A DNA stretch of 64,000 nt from Candidatus Poribacteria bacterium (GTDB taxonomy: Bacteria > Poribacteria > WGA-4E > WGA-3G), in the NCBI GenBank assembly GCA_965205015.1, contig OZ242029.1, positions 992,001 through 1,056,000 on the forward strand, written 5' to 3'. A program made the translations under genes and the position numbers. Below are positions 18,094 to 28,315 of the stretch, piece after piece (the first letter of the stretch is position 1; each line of letters starts with the position of its first letter). The notes beneath the pieces are model-generated. The model ran no database searches. It had not been told where the DNA came from and saw only the letters and a program-made list of their open reading frames with translations.

Positions 18094-19872
18094 ATGCGCA
18101 TTCTGAATCTGAATCGTAAACTCAAAAGTGCAAAACGTTTGCCAGAGATCGTTAGCATCTTTGCGAGACACGGCTTCGGACATATCATCTCTCAAATTTT
18201 TGAGCGAGGACGGACACGTCGTTTCAGACTCAAAAGCGTGTTCACGCCGAAGGCGAGAGAAGATACCCATTCCCAGAAACCGAGGTGGTGGGGTTTCCGA
18301 AATGTGAGGAAGGATTCAGATGTAAATACTTCAGGGACACTCTTATCCGTTCCGGAGCGTTTGCGACTTGCGTTTGAAGAGTTGGGACCAACGTTCGTTA
18401 AGTTAGGGCAAGTTCTTAGCACTCGAGTGGATATTCTCTCTGAACTCGTCGGACAAGAAGAAGCCTTGACGTGGAGCACCGAATTCCAGAAATTGCAACG
18501 ACACGCACAGCCGTTCGATTTCTCAGAGGTTCGCACCACCATTGAACAGGAATTTGAATTGCCGCTTGAGAAGGTCTTCTTAACCTACGAACAACAACCA
18601 TTCGCGGCGGCTTCAATCGCGCAGGTGCACGCAGCAACGTTAGAAACAGGTGAGCCGGTAGTCGTTAAAGTCCAACGCCCACGTGTGGCAACGATCATTC
18701 AGACGGACCTCAATCTATTGATGGAGTTAGCAGAGCGGCTTGAGAATAGAGACCCAGAGATGCATCTCTTCAAACCGACTGAGCTCGTCCGAGAGTTCTC
18801 ACGCTCAATTCGGAAAGAGATCGATTTTACAATTGAAGCCGCGAATACAGATGCTTTCTATCAGAGGTTCGCAACGTCGCCAAAGGTGAAAATTCCCAGA
18901 GTCTATTGGGAATTCACGAATCGCCGTGTTTTGACTTTGGAACGGATCGATGGCGTGCCAATTAACGCAATCGCTCAATTGGATGAGATGGGGTTCGATC
19001 GGACGGAACTCGCTGAGACGCTCGTGGAAATGTTCTACACACAGGTGCTGAACGATGGCTTTTTCCACGCGGATCCGCATCCAGGAAATATTTTCGTTTT
19101 AGAGGACGGACGGATCGGACTGGTAGACTTCGGCATGGTGGGTAGAATCAGCAACGATATGCTGCGGCATATCTGTAATTGGCTGAGCGCAGTGTTAACC
19201 AAAGACGTAGATGGGGTCGTTAGAAGTTACATCCGAATGGGAATTTTGGGGGACGGAACAGACATCGCAGCGTTAAAGTTAGAAATGCACGATTTCTTAG
19301 AGCGCCATTTCAATATGCCACCAAGTAGACTCCGTCTCGGTGAGGTAATTCACGAAGTTTTTAATGCATCGCTGCGCCACCAAATTCATGTGCCGCCAGC
19401 CTTTCTAATGCTCGGTAAGACTGTTGCAACAGTTGAATCGGTTGTGATGAAACTGAATCCTGATTTCGATATTTTGAAATTCAGTCAACCGTATATTGCG
19501 CAATTTCTCGTCCAAAATTTTGGAAGCAAACGGTGGGAGCGACAGATAGCAGATTCTATGGAAGATTTCACGGAATTGGTCCGCGATACACCGCTTCAAC
19601 TGCATCGTATTCTGCAAAAACTACAACGAGGTTCTCTTAAATTTGAACTTGAGCATCTGAGCCTTGAAGCGGTGATTAAGGTATTTGACCGTGTCGTCAA
19701 TCGGATCGCTTTTAGTCTCATCATTGCCTCACTGATTGTAGGCTCATCGATCATCCTACAAGTCGCTGAAATCTGGGAATGGAAGTTTTTTCTTGGGATT
19801 ATGGGGTATTTGACAGCAACCTTCTTTGGATTCGGATTGGTAATCTCTATTTTGCGTTCGGGTCGGTTCTAA
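18094..19872 (+). CDS. ubiB: AarF/ABC1/UbiB family atypical kinase
   Basis: LGPTFVKLGQ, AAASIAQVH, VVKVQRP, FFHADPHPGN, DFG; C-terminal TM helices. Confidence 0.92.
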   Translation: MRILNLNRKLKSAKRLPEIVSIFARHGFGHIISQIFERGRTRRFRLKSVFTPKAREDTHSQKPRWWGFRNVRKDSDVNTSGTLLSVPERLRLAFEELGPTFVKLGQVLSTRVDILSELVGQEEALTWSTEFQKLQRHAQPFDFSEVRTTIEQEFELPLEKVFLTYEQQPFAAASIAQVHAATLETGEPVVVKVQRPRVATIIQTDLNLLMELAERLENRDPEMHLFKPTELVREFSRSIRKEIDFTIEAANTDAFYQRFATSPKVKIPRVYWEFTNRRVLTLERIDGVPINAIAQLDEMGFDRTELAETLVEMFYTQVLNDGFFHADPHPGNIFVLEDGRIGLVDFGMVGRISNDMLRHICNWLSAVLTKDVDGVVRSYIRMGILGDGTDIAALKLEMHDFLERHFNMPPSRLRLGEVIHEVFNASLRHQIHVPPAFLMLGKTVATVESVVMKLNPDFDILKFSQPYIAQFLVQNFGSKRWERQIADSMEDFTELVRDTPLQLHRILQKLQRGSLKFELEHLSLEAVIKVFDRVVNRIAFSLIIASLIVGSSIILQVAEIWEWKFFLGIMGYLTATFFGFGLVISILRSGRF

Positions 19873-19931
19873 TTTTTTAATTTATGGCATTCCGTGGGGC
19901 GTTTCTTTAGCCCAGGAGCAATCGTTTAAAA

Positions 19932-20378
19932 ATGGCAATTCTACTCGGATTAGATGTTGGTGATACACGTATTGGTGTTGCGCTCAGCGACGTGCTCGGT
20001 ATTGCGGCACACCCATTGTGTACACTCACCCGAAAAAACCGGAAGGTTGATTTAATTGCTATCTCGGATCTCGTTTCCATCCACAAGGTGGAATGTATCG
20101 TCATCGGTCTGCCTATCTCTCTTGACGGCTCTATCGGCACGCAGGCGGAGAAGGTCCAGAAGTTTGCGGAACGCCTGAAACATGTAATTGACATTCCGAT
20201 TGAATTTCAGGATGAACGTTTTACAACCGCTGAAGCAGAAGAGATTTTGCGTGAACTTAATAAAGACACAAAAGCACAGAAAGAACTTATTGACGAGGTG
20301 GCAGCGGTAATTATTCTCAAAGACTATTTAAATAGCAAACGGGAGGTGGATCCCACAGCCCCTACAGAGGATTCCTAA
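19932..20378 (+). CDS. ruvX: Holliday junction resolvase-like / pre-16S rRNA nuclease YqgF
   Basis: LGLDVGDTRIGVALSD, VIGLP, DERFTT, IDEVAAVIIL. Confidence 0.93.
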   Translation: MAILLGLDVGDTRIGVALSDVLGIAAHPLCTLTRKNRKVDLIAISDLVSIHKVECIVIGLPISLDGSIGTQAEKVQKFAERLKHVIDIPIEFQDERFTTAEAEEILRELNKDTKAQKELIDEVAAVIILKDYLNSKREVDPTAPTEDS

Positions 20379-20401
20379 TCTTTCGATTCGGATATGTCAA
20401 G

Positions 20402-21565
20402 ATGTTACGAGGAACTCTCCAACAACTATTACGAAAATACAGGGGGTCTGCACAAACAGAACCGAGAGCTGAAGGGTCTTCAGAAAGTCCACACGGTCTT
20501 TCACCATCTGTCCAATCACCGAAGCGTCAAGATTCCTCTCTCTCAACAACACGAAAAATTAAGATAGGCATACTAACGCTCTGCTGTCTTGGTGTTCTCT
20601 GCCTCATTATCTTGCTGATTGGGGTATCCCTAACGCGACCCCCTACATCGTCAGGAGAAGTTGTCAATTTTGACGTGCCAGTAGGGAGCAGTTCTCGGGC
20701 AATAGCAAAGCGATTAATTGAACAAAAGTTGATACGCAGCGAACACGCCTTTCGTTTAGCCGTCCGATATAGAGGGACTGGTAAACGCCTACAAGCTGGA
20801 ACCTATGTGTTACAGCGGAACATGTCCCTGTGGGCTCTTCTTGATGCCCTTGAAAAGGGGCAAGTTACGCTTGTGAGTTGGACGGTGCCAGAGGGTTTAA
20901 CGACAGCCGCTATTGCTCAACTTTGGGAAACGAGCGGCTTTGGGACAGCCGAGGCATTCCGGAAAGCCTCTGAATCCCAGCATTTATTGGAGCGGTATGG
21001 GCTTACAGACAAAACTGCGGAAGGTTATCTTTTTCCGAATACCTACAAATTCGCAAAAGGCACAACAACTGAGAAAGTTGTTGAGATGATGCTTGATGAA
21101 TTTAAACAGCAATGGACGGAAAAATTTGACGAGGCGGCAGAAAATTTAGGGCGTACCCGTCACGAAATTGTAACGCTCGCCTCTATCATTGAAAAGGAAG
21201 CACAATCTGATCTGGAACGTCCCCGCATTTCAAGTGTCTTCCATAACCGGCTCACACGCAAGTGGAAACTTCAGGCGGATCCAACGGTGCTTTATGCCTT
21301 AGGGAACCCAGAAAGCCCCTTAAGGAAAGCCGACCTACAGGTGGATTCGCCTTATAACACGTATAAATACAAGGGTTTACCCCCTGGTCCTATTACGAAT
21401 CCAGGTATTGATTCAATTGTAGCCGCACTGCGCCCCGAAAAAACAGACTATCTCTACTTCGTGGCGGTAGGCGATGGAAAGCACCACTTTTCAAAGACGC
21501 TTTCAGAACACAATCGAATGATACGAAAAATCCGGCGTGCTTCTCGTAAGCATGTTCCGCAGTGA
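20402..21565 (+). CDS. mltG: Endolytic transglycosylase MltG
   Basis: EGYLFPNTY, LASIIEKE, LQADPTV, SPYNTY, GLPPGPI. Confidence 0.95.
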   Translation: MLRGTLQQLLRKYRGSAQTEPRAEGSSESPHGLSPSVQSPKRQDSSLSTTRKIKIGILTLCCLGVLCLIILLIGVSLTRPPTSSGEVVNFDVPVGSSSRAIAKRLIEQKLIRSEHAFRLAVRYRGTGKRLQAGTYVLQRNMSLWALLDALEKGQVTLVSWTVPEGLTTAAIAQLWETSGFGTAEAFRKASESQHLLERYGLTDKTAEGYLFPNTYKFAKGTTTEKVVEMMLDEFKQQWTEKFDEAAENLGRTRHEIVTLASIIEKEAQSDLERPRISSVFHNRLTRKWKLQADPTVLYALGNPESPLRKADLQVDSPYNTYKYKGLPPGPITNPGIDSIVAALRPEKTDYLYFVAVGDGKHHFSKTLSEHNRMIRKIRRASRKHVPQ

Positions 21566-21715
21566 TAACAAAACAGCGGTCGGTTCTCTATCGGCAGTCA
21601 CTCAGATGGCACGGTGGACAGGTGAAAAGATGGGGACTCAAGTCGAAGAACCCTCCGTCTTCCATCCGAAAACGCAAGCCCCAACGGGGCGAAATGTGCA
21701 TAGGAATAAAAGCGA

Positions 21716-23002
21716 ATGGCAAAAGCTGATTCACAGCAAACAATTCAAAATGAAATAACAATGACAGGAAAAGGGTTAATGTTAGGGGAACCTGTGACAT
21801 TAACCTTGAAACCCGCCCCCGCAGATTCCGGTATCGTTTTTCGACGGGTGGATATCGCCGGTGCCCCAGAAGTGAAGGTATGTCAGGAAAACTGGGCAGA
21901 TATTCTGCCTCGATGTACCAGTTTACGCAGCGGTGATACAACCGTTAGTAGCGTCGAACACATCCTCTCAGCACTCGGGGGTCTCGGCGTTGACAACGCG
22001 ACAGTGGAACTTGACGCATCAGAACCCCCTGGGCTTGATGGGAGTGCGGTGCCATACGTCGAAAACATTCAAGCAGCCGGACTTGTTCAACAGGATACAC
22101 CACGGAAGTTTATTGAAGTCCGAGAGCCGTTTGCGCTTTCTGTAGCGGATAAGCAACTCGTGTTGCTACCTGCCGACGCGTTAGAGGTAACATTCGTTTA
22201 CGCGCATCCGCAGACGAAACCACAAACAATGACCCTTCAAATAACCCCAGAATCATACGCCTCCGACATCGCGCCAGCGCGGAGCTTCTGTTTTGAAAAT
22301 GAAATTGAAGCACTACAAGCCCTCGGTATTGGGAAAGGGGCAAACTACGATAACGTCGTTGTTATCAATGCCGAAGGTGAATCCAGCACACCCCTACGGT
22401 TTGAAGACGAGTTTGTCCGACATAAAATCCTTGATCTGATTGGGGATCTCTATTTAGCCGGACATATGCCGAAGGCACATGTTCTCGCGATGCGAACTGG
22501 ACATATGTTTCACGCGGAATTTGTGCAAGCGCTCGCCGAGGCGGACTATCTTCAACAGGCCCCTGTTCAAGAACCGATTGAGGTAATGGATATCTATGAA
22601 GTGTTGCCGCACCGGCATCCGATGTGCATGGTTGATAGAGTTATTGAATACGAAAGTAAAAAGCGCGCCGTAGGCATCAAGAACGTGACTTATAACGAAC
22701 CGATTTTTGAAGGACATTTCCCGACGCGCCCCGTGATGCCTGGCGTGCTACAAATTGAAGCACTCGCACAACTCGCCGCATGGCTCGTGCTGCGAGACAT
22801 CGGTAAGGAAGGTGAACTTGGCTATTTTCGCTCAATCAACAAGGCAACGTTCCGACGCGCTGTCATTCCGGGGGACCAACTCCGATTGGAAATAGAGGTC
22901 GCCCAACTACGGAGCAGAATTGCTCGCATTGAAGGTCGCGTTTACGTAGAAGACAAACTCGCTACAGAGGCAGAACTGTCAATCGTATTGGCCTCTGTCT
23001 GA
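21716..23002 (+). CDS. lpxC: Bifunctional LpxC deacetylase / FabZ dehydratase fusion
   Basis: VEHILSAL and HKILDLIGDL (LpxC) followed by LPHRHP...FEGHFP..PVMPGVLQIEALAQ (FabZ). Confidence 0.93.
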   Translation: MAKADSQQTIQNEITMTGKGLMLGEPVTLTLKPAPADSGIVFRRVDIAGAPEVKVCQENWADILPRCTSLRSGDTTVSSVEHILSALGGLGVDNATVELDASEPPGLDGSAVPYVENIQAAGLVQQDTPRKFIEVREPFALSVADKQLVLLPADALEVTFVYAHPQTKPQTMTLQITPESYASDIAPARSFCFENEIEALQALGIGKGANYDNVVVINAEGESSTPLRFEDEFVRHKILDLIGDLYLAGHMPKAHVLAMRTGHMFHAEFVQALAEADYLQQAPVQEPIEVMDIYEVLPHRHPMCMVDRVIEYESKKRAVGIKNVTYNEPIFEGHFPTRPVMPGVLQIEALAQLAAWLVLRDIGKEGELGYFRSINKATFRRAVIPGDQLRLEIEVAQLRSRIARIEGRVYVEDKLATEAELSIVLASV

Positions 23003-23165
23003 TTTATGGTTGTCAGTTATCAGTTGTCAGTTGTCAGTTAAGACAGGTAGCACGGACAATTGTTTGCAACTGCCATAAGCCTCTCTTTAACTGATAACTG
23101 AAAGGATTTTTTACGGCGTAAAAAATCCGACTGACTGCTGATAACTATTAAACGGAGGGACATCT

Positions 23166-23984
23166 GTGCTAGAAACCAATATTCACCCTACGGCTATTAT
23201 CTCTCCAAAAGCAACGCTGGAAGAAGGGGTTAAGATTGGCCCCTACAGTCTTGTCGGTGAAGATGTCCATATAGGGCGCGGCACCGTGATCGGTCCCCAC
23301 GTTCAGATTGAAAAATGGACAACTATCGGAGAAGAATGCAAAATCTTCTTCGGGGCTACCATCGGTAACGAATCCAAAGATCTGAAGTACGGGGGTTGGC
23401 GGAGTTACGTGAAAATCGGGAATCGCAATATACTACGCGAATACGTCTCCATCTCCAGGTCATCCTTTGAAGAGGAAGCAACTATCGTTGGGGACAATAA
23501 TTTGCTGATGAATTGGGTTAACCTCGCACATGATACCATTGTTGGCAATAGAACAATCATGGCAAACTTCGTCTCGCTTGCAGGGCATGTCGTGATTGAA
23601 GATGATGTCCGACTGGGGGCGCATGCGGCACTGCACCAATACGTGCGCGTAGGCAAAATGGCAATGGCAGGCGGTTTCTCAAAAATTGTGCAGGATATCC
23701 CACCCTTTGCCCTCTCCGCCGGACAACCAGCGCGGGTCCGGGACCTCAACCGTATCGGTATCCGAACATCGCGGATTAACCCTTTATCACAGCTCACACC
23801 GGAAGCACTCGCGGCACTAAAAAAGGCGTTCCGCATCCTGTTCCGCTCAGGGCTACCCCTCAAACACGCAGTCACAAGAGTCAGAGAAACACTTGAACCA
23901 ACCCCAGAAGTCGAATATTTACTTAAATTTATAGAAACTTCCAAACGTGGCATAGGATTTAGTCAACCGAATCGCACGCCTTAA
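23166..23984 (+). CDS. lpxA: UDP-N-acetylglucosamine O-acyltransferase
   Basis: IHPTAII, hexapeptide repeats, LAHD, LAGHV, HQYVRVG. Confidence 0.93.
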   Translation: MLETNIHPTAIISPKATLEEGVKIGPYSLVGEDVHIGRGTVIGPHVQIEKWTTIGEECKIFFGATIGNESKDLKYGGWRSYVKIGNRNILREYVSISRSSFEEEATIVGDNNLLMNWVNLAHDTIVGNRTIMANFVSLAGHVVIEDDVRLGAHAALHQYVRVGKMAMAGGFSKIVQDIPPFALSAGQPARVRDLNRIGIRTSRINPLSQLTPEALAALKKAFRILFRSGLPLKHAVTRVRETLEPTPEVEYLLKFIETSKRGIGFSQPNRTP

Positions 23985-24114
23985 CGGTTTTTTCCGAGGC
24001 ACGAGCGAGGTGATACCCCTGTTCGGTCTTCGCGAAAACCTGTGTGGAATATTGTCCTGTAAGCCTTTATAGGCTCGCACAAGGAGCACAAGGCGAAAGC
24101 CTGATAATCAAAAA

Positions 24115-24918
24115 ATGGAAAAATTGGGTATTATTGCAGGCGCAGGTGAACTACCAGTGCTATTAGCACGTGCCGCTGTTGCCCATGAACGACACCCCGT
24201 TATCATCCAAATCACCAAGTCCGACGCGCAACGCTTTGCCGGAATCGAATGCGAACTCCATACTTATGGGGTGGGCCAGATTCAAAGGATCGCCCGAACA
24301 CTTCTCAACTCAGGCGTGAAAGAGGTTGTGATCATCGGGAAAGTCGAAAAAAACATCCTCCTTCGCCCCTTCCAAATTGATACGACCACCATTAAAATTC
24401 TCGTACAGAACCGACGCGAAAAACCTGCCGTAATCGTTAACGCAGCACTTAACTATCTCGAATCCGCCGGACTTACCATTCTCACCCAAGATCAGTACCT
24501 CCAACACCTTCTCCCACAGCCCAGCGTTTTAACAACTCGACAACCGACCGCGAATCAATGGACAGATATTGAACTCGGTATCAGTATCGCTCGCCAGATA
24601 GCAAACATGGATATCGGGCAAACGGTTGTCGTTAAGAACCAGATTGTCCTTGCCATGGAAGCCATTGAAGGGACAGATGTGACCATTGAGAGGGGAGGAA
24701 AGTTGGGAAAGCAGGGAGTCGTCGTCGCGAAAGCCGCCGCTGAGAACCACGATTTTCGTATTGATGTGCCGACGGTGGGAATGCAAACGCTTGAAGTGCT
24801 ACATCAAGTTAAAGCGAGTGTGTTAGCAGTGGAAGCGCGACGAACATTTGTAATGGATACCGATGTGCTCATTCAGCAAGCAGACCGGTGGAAGATCGCA
24901 ATTGTTGCTGTAAAATAA
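24115..24918 (+). CDS. lpxI: UDP-2,3-diacylglucosamine diphosphatase LpxI
   Basis: LGIIAGAGELP, DIGQTVVV, EAIEGTD, RIDVPTVG. Confidence 0.9.
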   Translation: MEKLGIIAGAGELPVLLARAAVAHERHPVIIQITKSDAQRFAGIECELHTYGVGQIQRIARTLLNSGVKEVVIIGKVEKNILLRPFQIDTTTIKILVQNRREKPAVIVNAALNYLESAGLTILTQDQYLQHLLPQPSVLTTRQPTANQWTDIELGISIARQIANMDIGQTVVVKNQIVLAMEAIEGTDVTIERGGKLGKQGVVVAKAAAENHDFRIDVPTVGMQTLEVLHQVKASVLAVEARRTFVMDTDVLIQQADRWKIAIVAVK

Positions 24919-24986
24919 AAAAAGACGGAGGCATTGTCCCGCAAGTTCCCTCTATAGGAAACCTGCGCGCGCTAACGCCGCCGCCT
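24919..24986 (-). terminator. Long imperfect hairpin plus T-run terminating the Rdx gene (possibly bidirectional)
   Basis: Minus strand ggcggcggcgtt...cgcaggtttcct-atag-agggaacttgcg...aatgcctccgtc followed by TTTTTTT. Confidence 0.5.
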
Positions 24987-25001
24987 TTCCAAAGACGCTG
25001 G

Positions 25002-25235
25002 CTATGCCGCCGCGTCCATTGCGACTGTTATCTGCTCCGTCGTCGGAAACTGTCCGGTTTCTAACTTTGAATAGAGCAGTGTCCCGTTCAACGAGACTTC
25101 AAAAGCCCCACCACTGCCGGGGATCAGATCAACCGTTTTAACCGCCGCACCATATTTCTGTTTCAAGGCATCTGCCAAACTGGCTGCCCGTGGTTGGTAG
25201 TTTCAGGCGGTGCAGTATTCGATTCTCACTTCCAT
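25002..25235 (-). CDS. SelW/SelT/SelH (Rdx) family selenoprotein, 77 aa, absent from the ORF track
   Basis: Manual translation MEVRIEYCTA-U-NYQPRAASLADALKQKYGAAVKTVDLIPGSGGAFEVSLNGTLLYSKLETGQFP...; CxxU with TGA at 25203-25205; GAGGAGG SD. Confidence 0.9.
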
Positions 25236-25361
25236 GGAAATTGTTCCTCCTCATTAATTTTGACATTGCCTGTCATCATAAATCCAATCGTCTCTTATGA
25301 AATTTTACAACAAACATTGCAAAATTGCAAGTTTTTTCTTCCTCCACAAATTAGTGAAGAT

Positions 25362-25377
25362 TGGCATGGATTTTGCT
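25362..25377 (+). promoter_or_regulatory. Sigma-54 (-24/-12) promoter upstream of tonB
   Basis: TGGCAT-GGATT-TTGCT. Confidence 0.5.
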
Positions 25378-25490
25378 ACATTTTCGTGTAAATACTCGCT
25401 CCGTTTGCAGAAACGAAATTGTAAAGTATACACCACCACCGTGCTGAGCCTAACTCACCAATGCGAAGCCAGTAAACAGGTGTTCAAATT

Positions 25491-26291
25491 ATGAACAGGT
25501 CTATCCAATTTCTGAACAAGTTTGTATCTCTATCTATCTGTGTTCATTTGATAGGCGTTGCCATCGCAGCCTTATCCATCGTTGGGACAGTAGATAAACA
25601 CGGCGATGCGATTGTCGCTGAATTTGTCTCGTTCCCAGAGACGACACATAAACGCGAGCCGCGTCGAAACCTCAAAGTGCCAGCATTAACACAGCCAGAT
25701 TTCATCCGCTCACAGCCACAGCGGATTCGGACGATTTCAGAAGTCGTACACACACCACAAAGTCAGACACAACTCGTTGTTGATACGCTCCCGGTTTCGA
25801 CTGTTCATCAGGCAACACCGACAGAAATTGGAATAGACGGTGCGAAAACATTTCAGGGTAGTTTACCGTTTCGGGCACCGGATCGTAGCTCACAGCCGAT
25901 CCGTCTGACCTCCAAACGGATACCCCGTCCAGAGTGGACCTTGATACCAACCGTCATTGCAAGCGCTGAAGCCTCCGAACTTCCATCCGTGCCAGCACTG
26001 CAGGACGAACCAATACAAGATGCCCGGTTCTTCCGTAAAGTCGATCCGATATATCCCGAATCTGCCCGTCTTTCCCACAAGGAGGGACTCGTTGTGCTTG
26101 AAGCGACAATCGGTACAGATGGCATAGCGAGAAACATCAAAGTTATCAAGGTAATTGAGATTAGCGGATTAGGGTGTGAAGAGGCGGCAATTACGGCACT
26201 CAAAGCGTCCCGATTCGTGCCAGCGAAACGGGGCAAAGAAGTTGTCAGTCAGCGTCTCCGTATTCCGTACCGCTTCCAGTTTAAAAGTTAG
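25491..26291 (+). CDS. tonB: Energy transducer TonB family protein
   Basis: N-terminal TM with SxxxH, Pro-rich linker, C-terminal PIYPESAR..EGLVVL...RFVPA domain. Confidence 0.85.
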   Translation: MNRSIQFLNKFVSLSICVHLIGVAIAALSIVGTVDKHGDAIVAEFVSFPETTHKREPRRNLKVPALTQPDFIRSQPQRIRTISEVVHTPQSQTQLVVDTLPVSTVHQATPTEIGIDGAKTFQGSLPFRAPDRSSQPIRLTSKRIPRPEWTLIPTVIASAEASELPSVPALQDEPIQDARFFRKVDPIYPESARLSHKEGLVVLEATIGTDGIARNIKVIKVIEISGLGCEEAAITALKASRFVPAKRGKEVVSQRLRIPYRFQFKS

Positions 26292-26451
26292 TCACCCTCT
26301 TAGCAATTCCCACCCAACGTCGTCAACGCTATCTGCGGTCCTCTTGTGTCAAGACAAAAATACTTGCACTATCAACACATCCCATCTATAATCTTCACTA
26401 CCGAATTCAATGATATGGAGATTATTTCCGTCACTTCCAAGGAGACAAACT

Positions 26452-27201
26452 ATGGACATTCGACTTAACGACAAGGTGGCTGTGATTACTGGGGCATCTA
26501 CCGGTATTGGTGCCGCAACCGCGATTGAATATGCTAAAGCAGGCGCGAAAGTCGTCTTAGGCGACATCAATGAAGAAGACGCTCAAAAAACACTCAATAC
26601 AATTGTTGAGGTAGGTGGGATTGCTAAGTTTCAACGTACCGATGTCACCATCGAAACTGAAGTAGTGGCTTTGATGGAAATCGCTGATAAGGAATACGGT
26701 GGGATCGATACCTTGGTAACTTCCGCAGGTGTTCTGCGTGGACCGAGTGTCCGCATTGATGATTTTGAAGCTGCAACTTTCGATTCAGTTATCGACGTGA
26801 ATCTCAAAGGCACTTTTTACGCGCTCAAACATGCTGTCCCAATAATGAAACGAGGTGGCGGTGTTATTCTGTGTATCGCCTCTGGTGCCGGGGTTCGCGG
26901 TGGCAGTTCCTCAGTTGCTTACGCGTCCAGCAAAGGGGGGGTCAATGGTCTTGTAATGACGGTAGAAAATCAGGTGGCGTCAATGAACATCCGTATGCAT
27001 ACTATCTGCCCTGGCGGACTCGCAACCCCCCTCAAACTCGGACAGATCGCAGAATCGGCGAAGCGAGATGGACAAGATCCAGATGCGGCGGTTGCGAATG
27101 CCCGGAACTCACTTGGTGATCCAGCGGGGGTCGCGCGCGTCCTTACATTTCTCGCGTCTGATGCAGGCTCATACACCCGCGGGCAGATTTTCACCAGGTG
27201 A
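26452..27201 (+). CDS. SDR family oxidoreductase
   Basis: TGASTGIG, YASSK; start placed at MDIRL after AAGGAG. Confidence 0.92.
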   Translation: MDIRLNDKVAVITGASTGIGAATAIEYAKAGAKVVLGDINEEDAQKTLNTIVEVGGIAKFQRTDVTIETEVVALMEIADKEYGGIDTLVTSAGVLRGPSVRIDDFEAATFDSVIDVNLKGTFYALKHAVPIMKRGGGVILCIASGAGVRGGSSSVAYASSKGGVNGLVMTVENQVASMNIRMHTICPGGLATPLKLGQIAESAKRDGQDPDAAVANARNSLGDPAGVARVLTFLASDAGSYTRGQIFTR

Positions 27202-27218
27202 AACCTTACAGCGTGGTC

Positions 27219-27605
27219 CTATAAAGAAAAAGCGTAGTCAAAGTTGAGCCACAAACTTTTTGAATAACGGTAGAAGAAAACGGGAAAGATCGCGGAAAAG
27301 AGTGCCCACACACTTAAATTAATGTAGAAAGGAATAGAAATCAACGTCTCAAATAAGAAATAACTTGGAAAAGCGATGAGGACCGTCGCGCCATAATTGA
27401 GGTACATCGCACCGATAAAGTAACCCGATTCTCGTTCAAACTTCAAATCACATACTGCACAGTGGGTAAACATCCTGAAATACGTTTGAAACAGCGCGCC
27501 TTCACCACACTGTGGACATTTCAGTTGAAAACTACGTCGCAGAATCCTACTGAGGTTTTTAATTATACCTTGGGGCGTCATAGCACAGAAGGGTTCGTGA
27601 AACAC
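27219..27605 (-). CDS. DUF983 family zinc-ribbon membrane protein
   Basis: CPQCGEGALF...CAVC, RESGYFIGAMY, two TM helices. Confidence 0.75.
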   Translation of the reverse strand: MFHEPFCAMTPQGIIKNLSRILRRSFQLKCPQCGEGALFQTYFRMFTHCAVCDLKFERESGYFIGAMYLNYGATVLIAFPSYFLFETLISIPFYINLSVWALFSAIFPVFFYRYSKSLWLNFDYAFSL

Positions 27606-27632
27606 CTTACCTAATAATTAAAAAATGATTCG

Positions 27633-28313
27633 TTAATAGGTGTTGTTATCCCAAAAGACCTTGAAGGTTCGAAGGAGTATTTTAAAATCGTTCCAGAAAG
27701 ATAGATTCTCAATGTACTCCAAATCAACAGGGATGCCATCTCGGATCGCTCCTTGTCGACGTGGACTTAGCTGCCAAAGACCTGTCATCCCTGGACGGAC
27801 GAGGTGGCGTTGATTTTCCCAGGGTTCATAATGTTCGGCAAGAAAAGGCATTTCTGGACGCGGACCCACCAGACTCATCTCACCTTTTAGCACATTGAAA
27901 AGTTGGGGCAACTCATCCAAACTCGTTTTACGGAGCCATTTGCCGATCAGTGTAATGCGCTTGTCATCAATCGCACCAGGTTTCTCGGAATAGGACGGCG
28001 TATCCGCATGGAGACTCCGAAACTTGTGGATAACAAAGAGTTCGTTGTTTAAACCGACCCGCTTGTGTGAGAAAAAGACAGCACCGCGTGAAGTGAGCTT
28101 AATGAGCATGGCAATCAACGCCATTAGAGGGGCAAAGATGATGATAAGAAAAAATGCGGCAATAGCATCAAACAAATGTTTGCCACGCGTTGCGTAGAAA
28201 GAGGAGAGTCGTTCCACAAGAGTCCCTGTTTTTGATATTTTTGGCGAAGCTTGCAAGCCAGTTCCGCTTGCATCTTTTCCTATCTGGTCTATGATTCTTG
28301 ATAGGAATGGCAT
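27633..28313 (-). CDS. Initiating sugar (phosphoglycosyl) transferase, PglC/WcaJ C-terminal type
   Basis: KFRS, LRKTSLDELPQLFNVLKGEMSLVGPRP, PGMTGLWQ. Confidence 0.93.
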   Translation of the reverse strand: MPFLSRIIDQIGKDASGTGLQASPKISKTGTLVERLSSFYATRGKHLFDAIAAFFLIIIFAPLMALIAMLIKLTSRGAVFFSHKRVGLNNELFVIHKFRSLHADTPSYSEKPGAIDDKRITLIGKWLRKTSLDELPQLFNVLKGEMSLVGPRPEMPFLAEHYEPWENQRHLVRPGMTGLWQLSPRRQGAIRDGIPVDLEYIENLSFWNDFKILLRTFKVFWDNNTY

Positions 28314-28315
28314 GG

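Noticed and set aside
24919-24986. SRP (4.5S) RNA or other ncRNA
   Set aside because: Lacks the SRP GNRA tetraloop and conserved internal-loop pairing; better explained as a repeat-derived terminator hairpin
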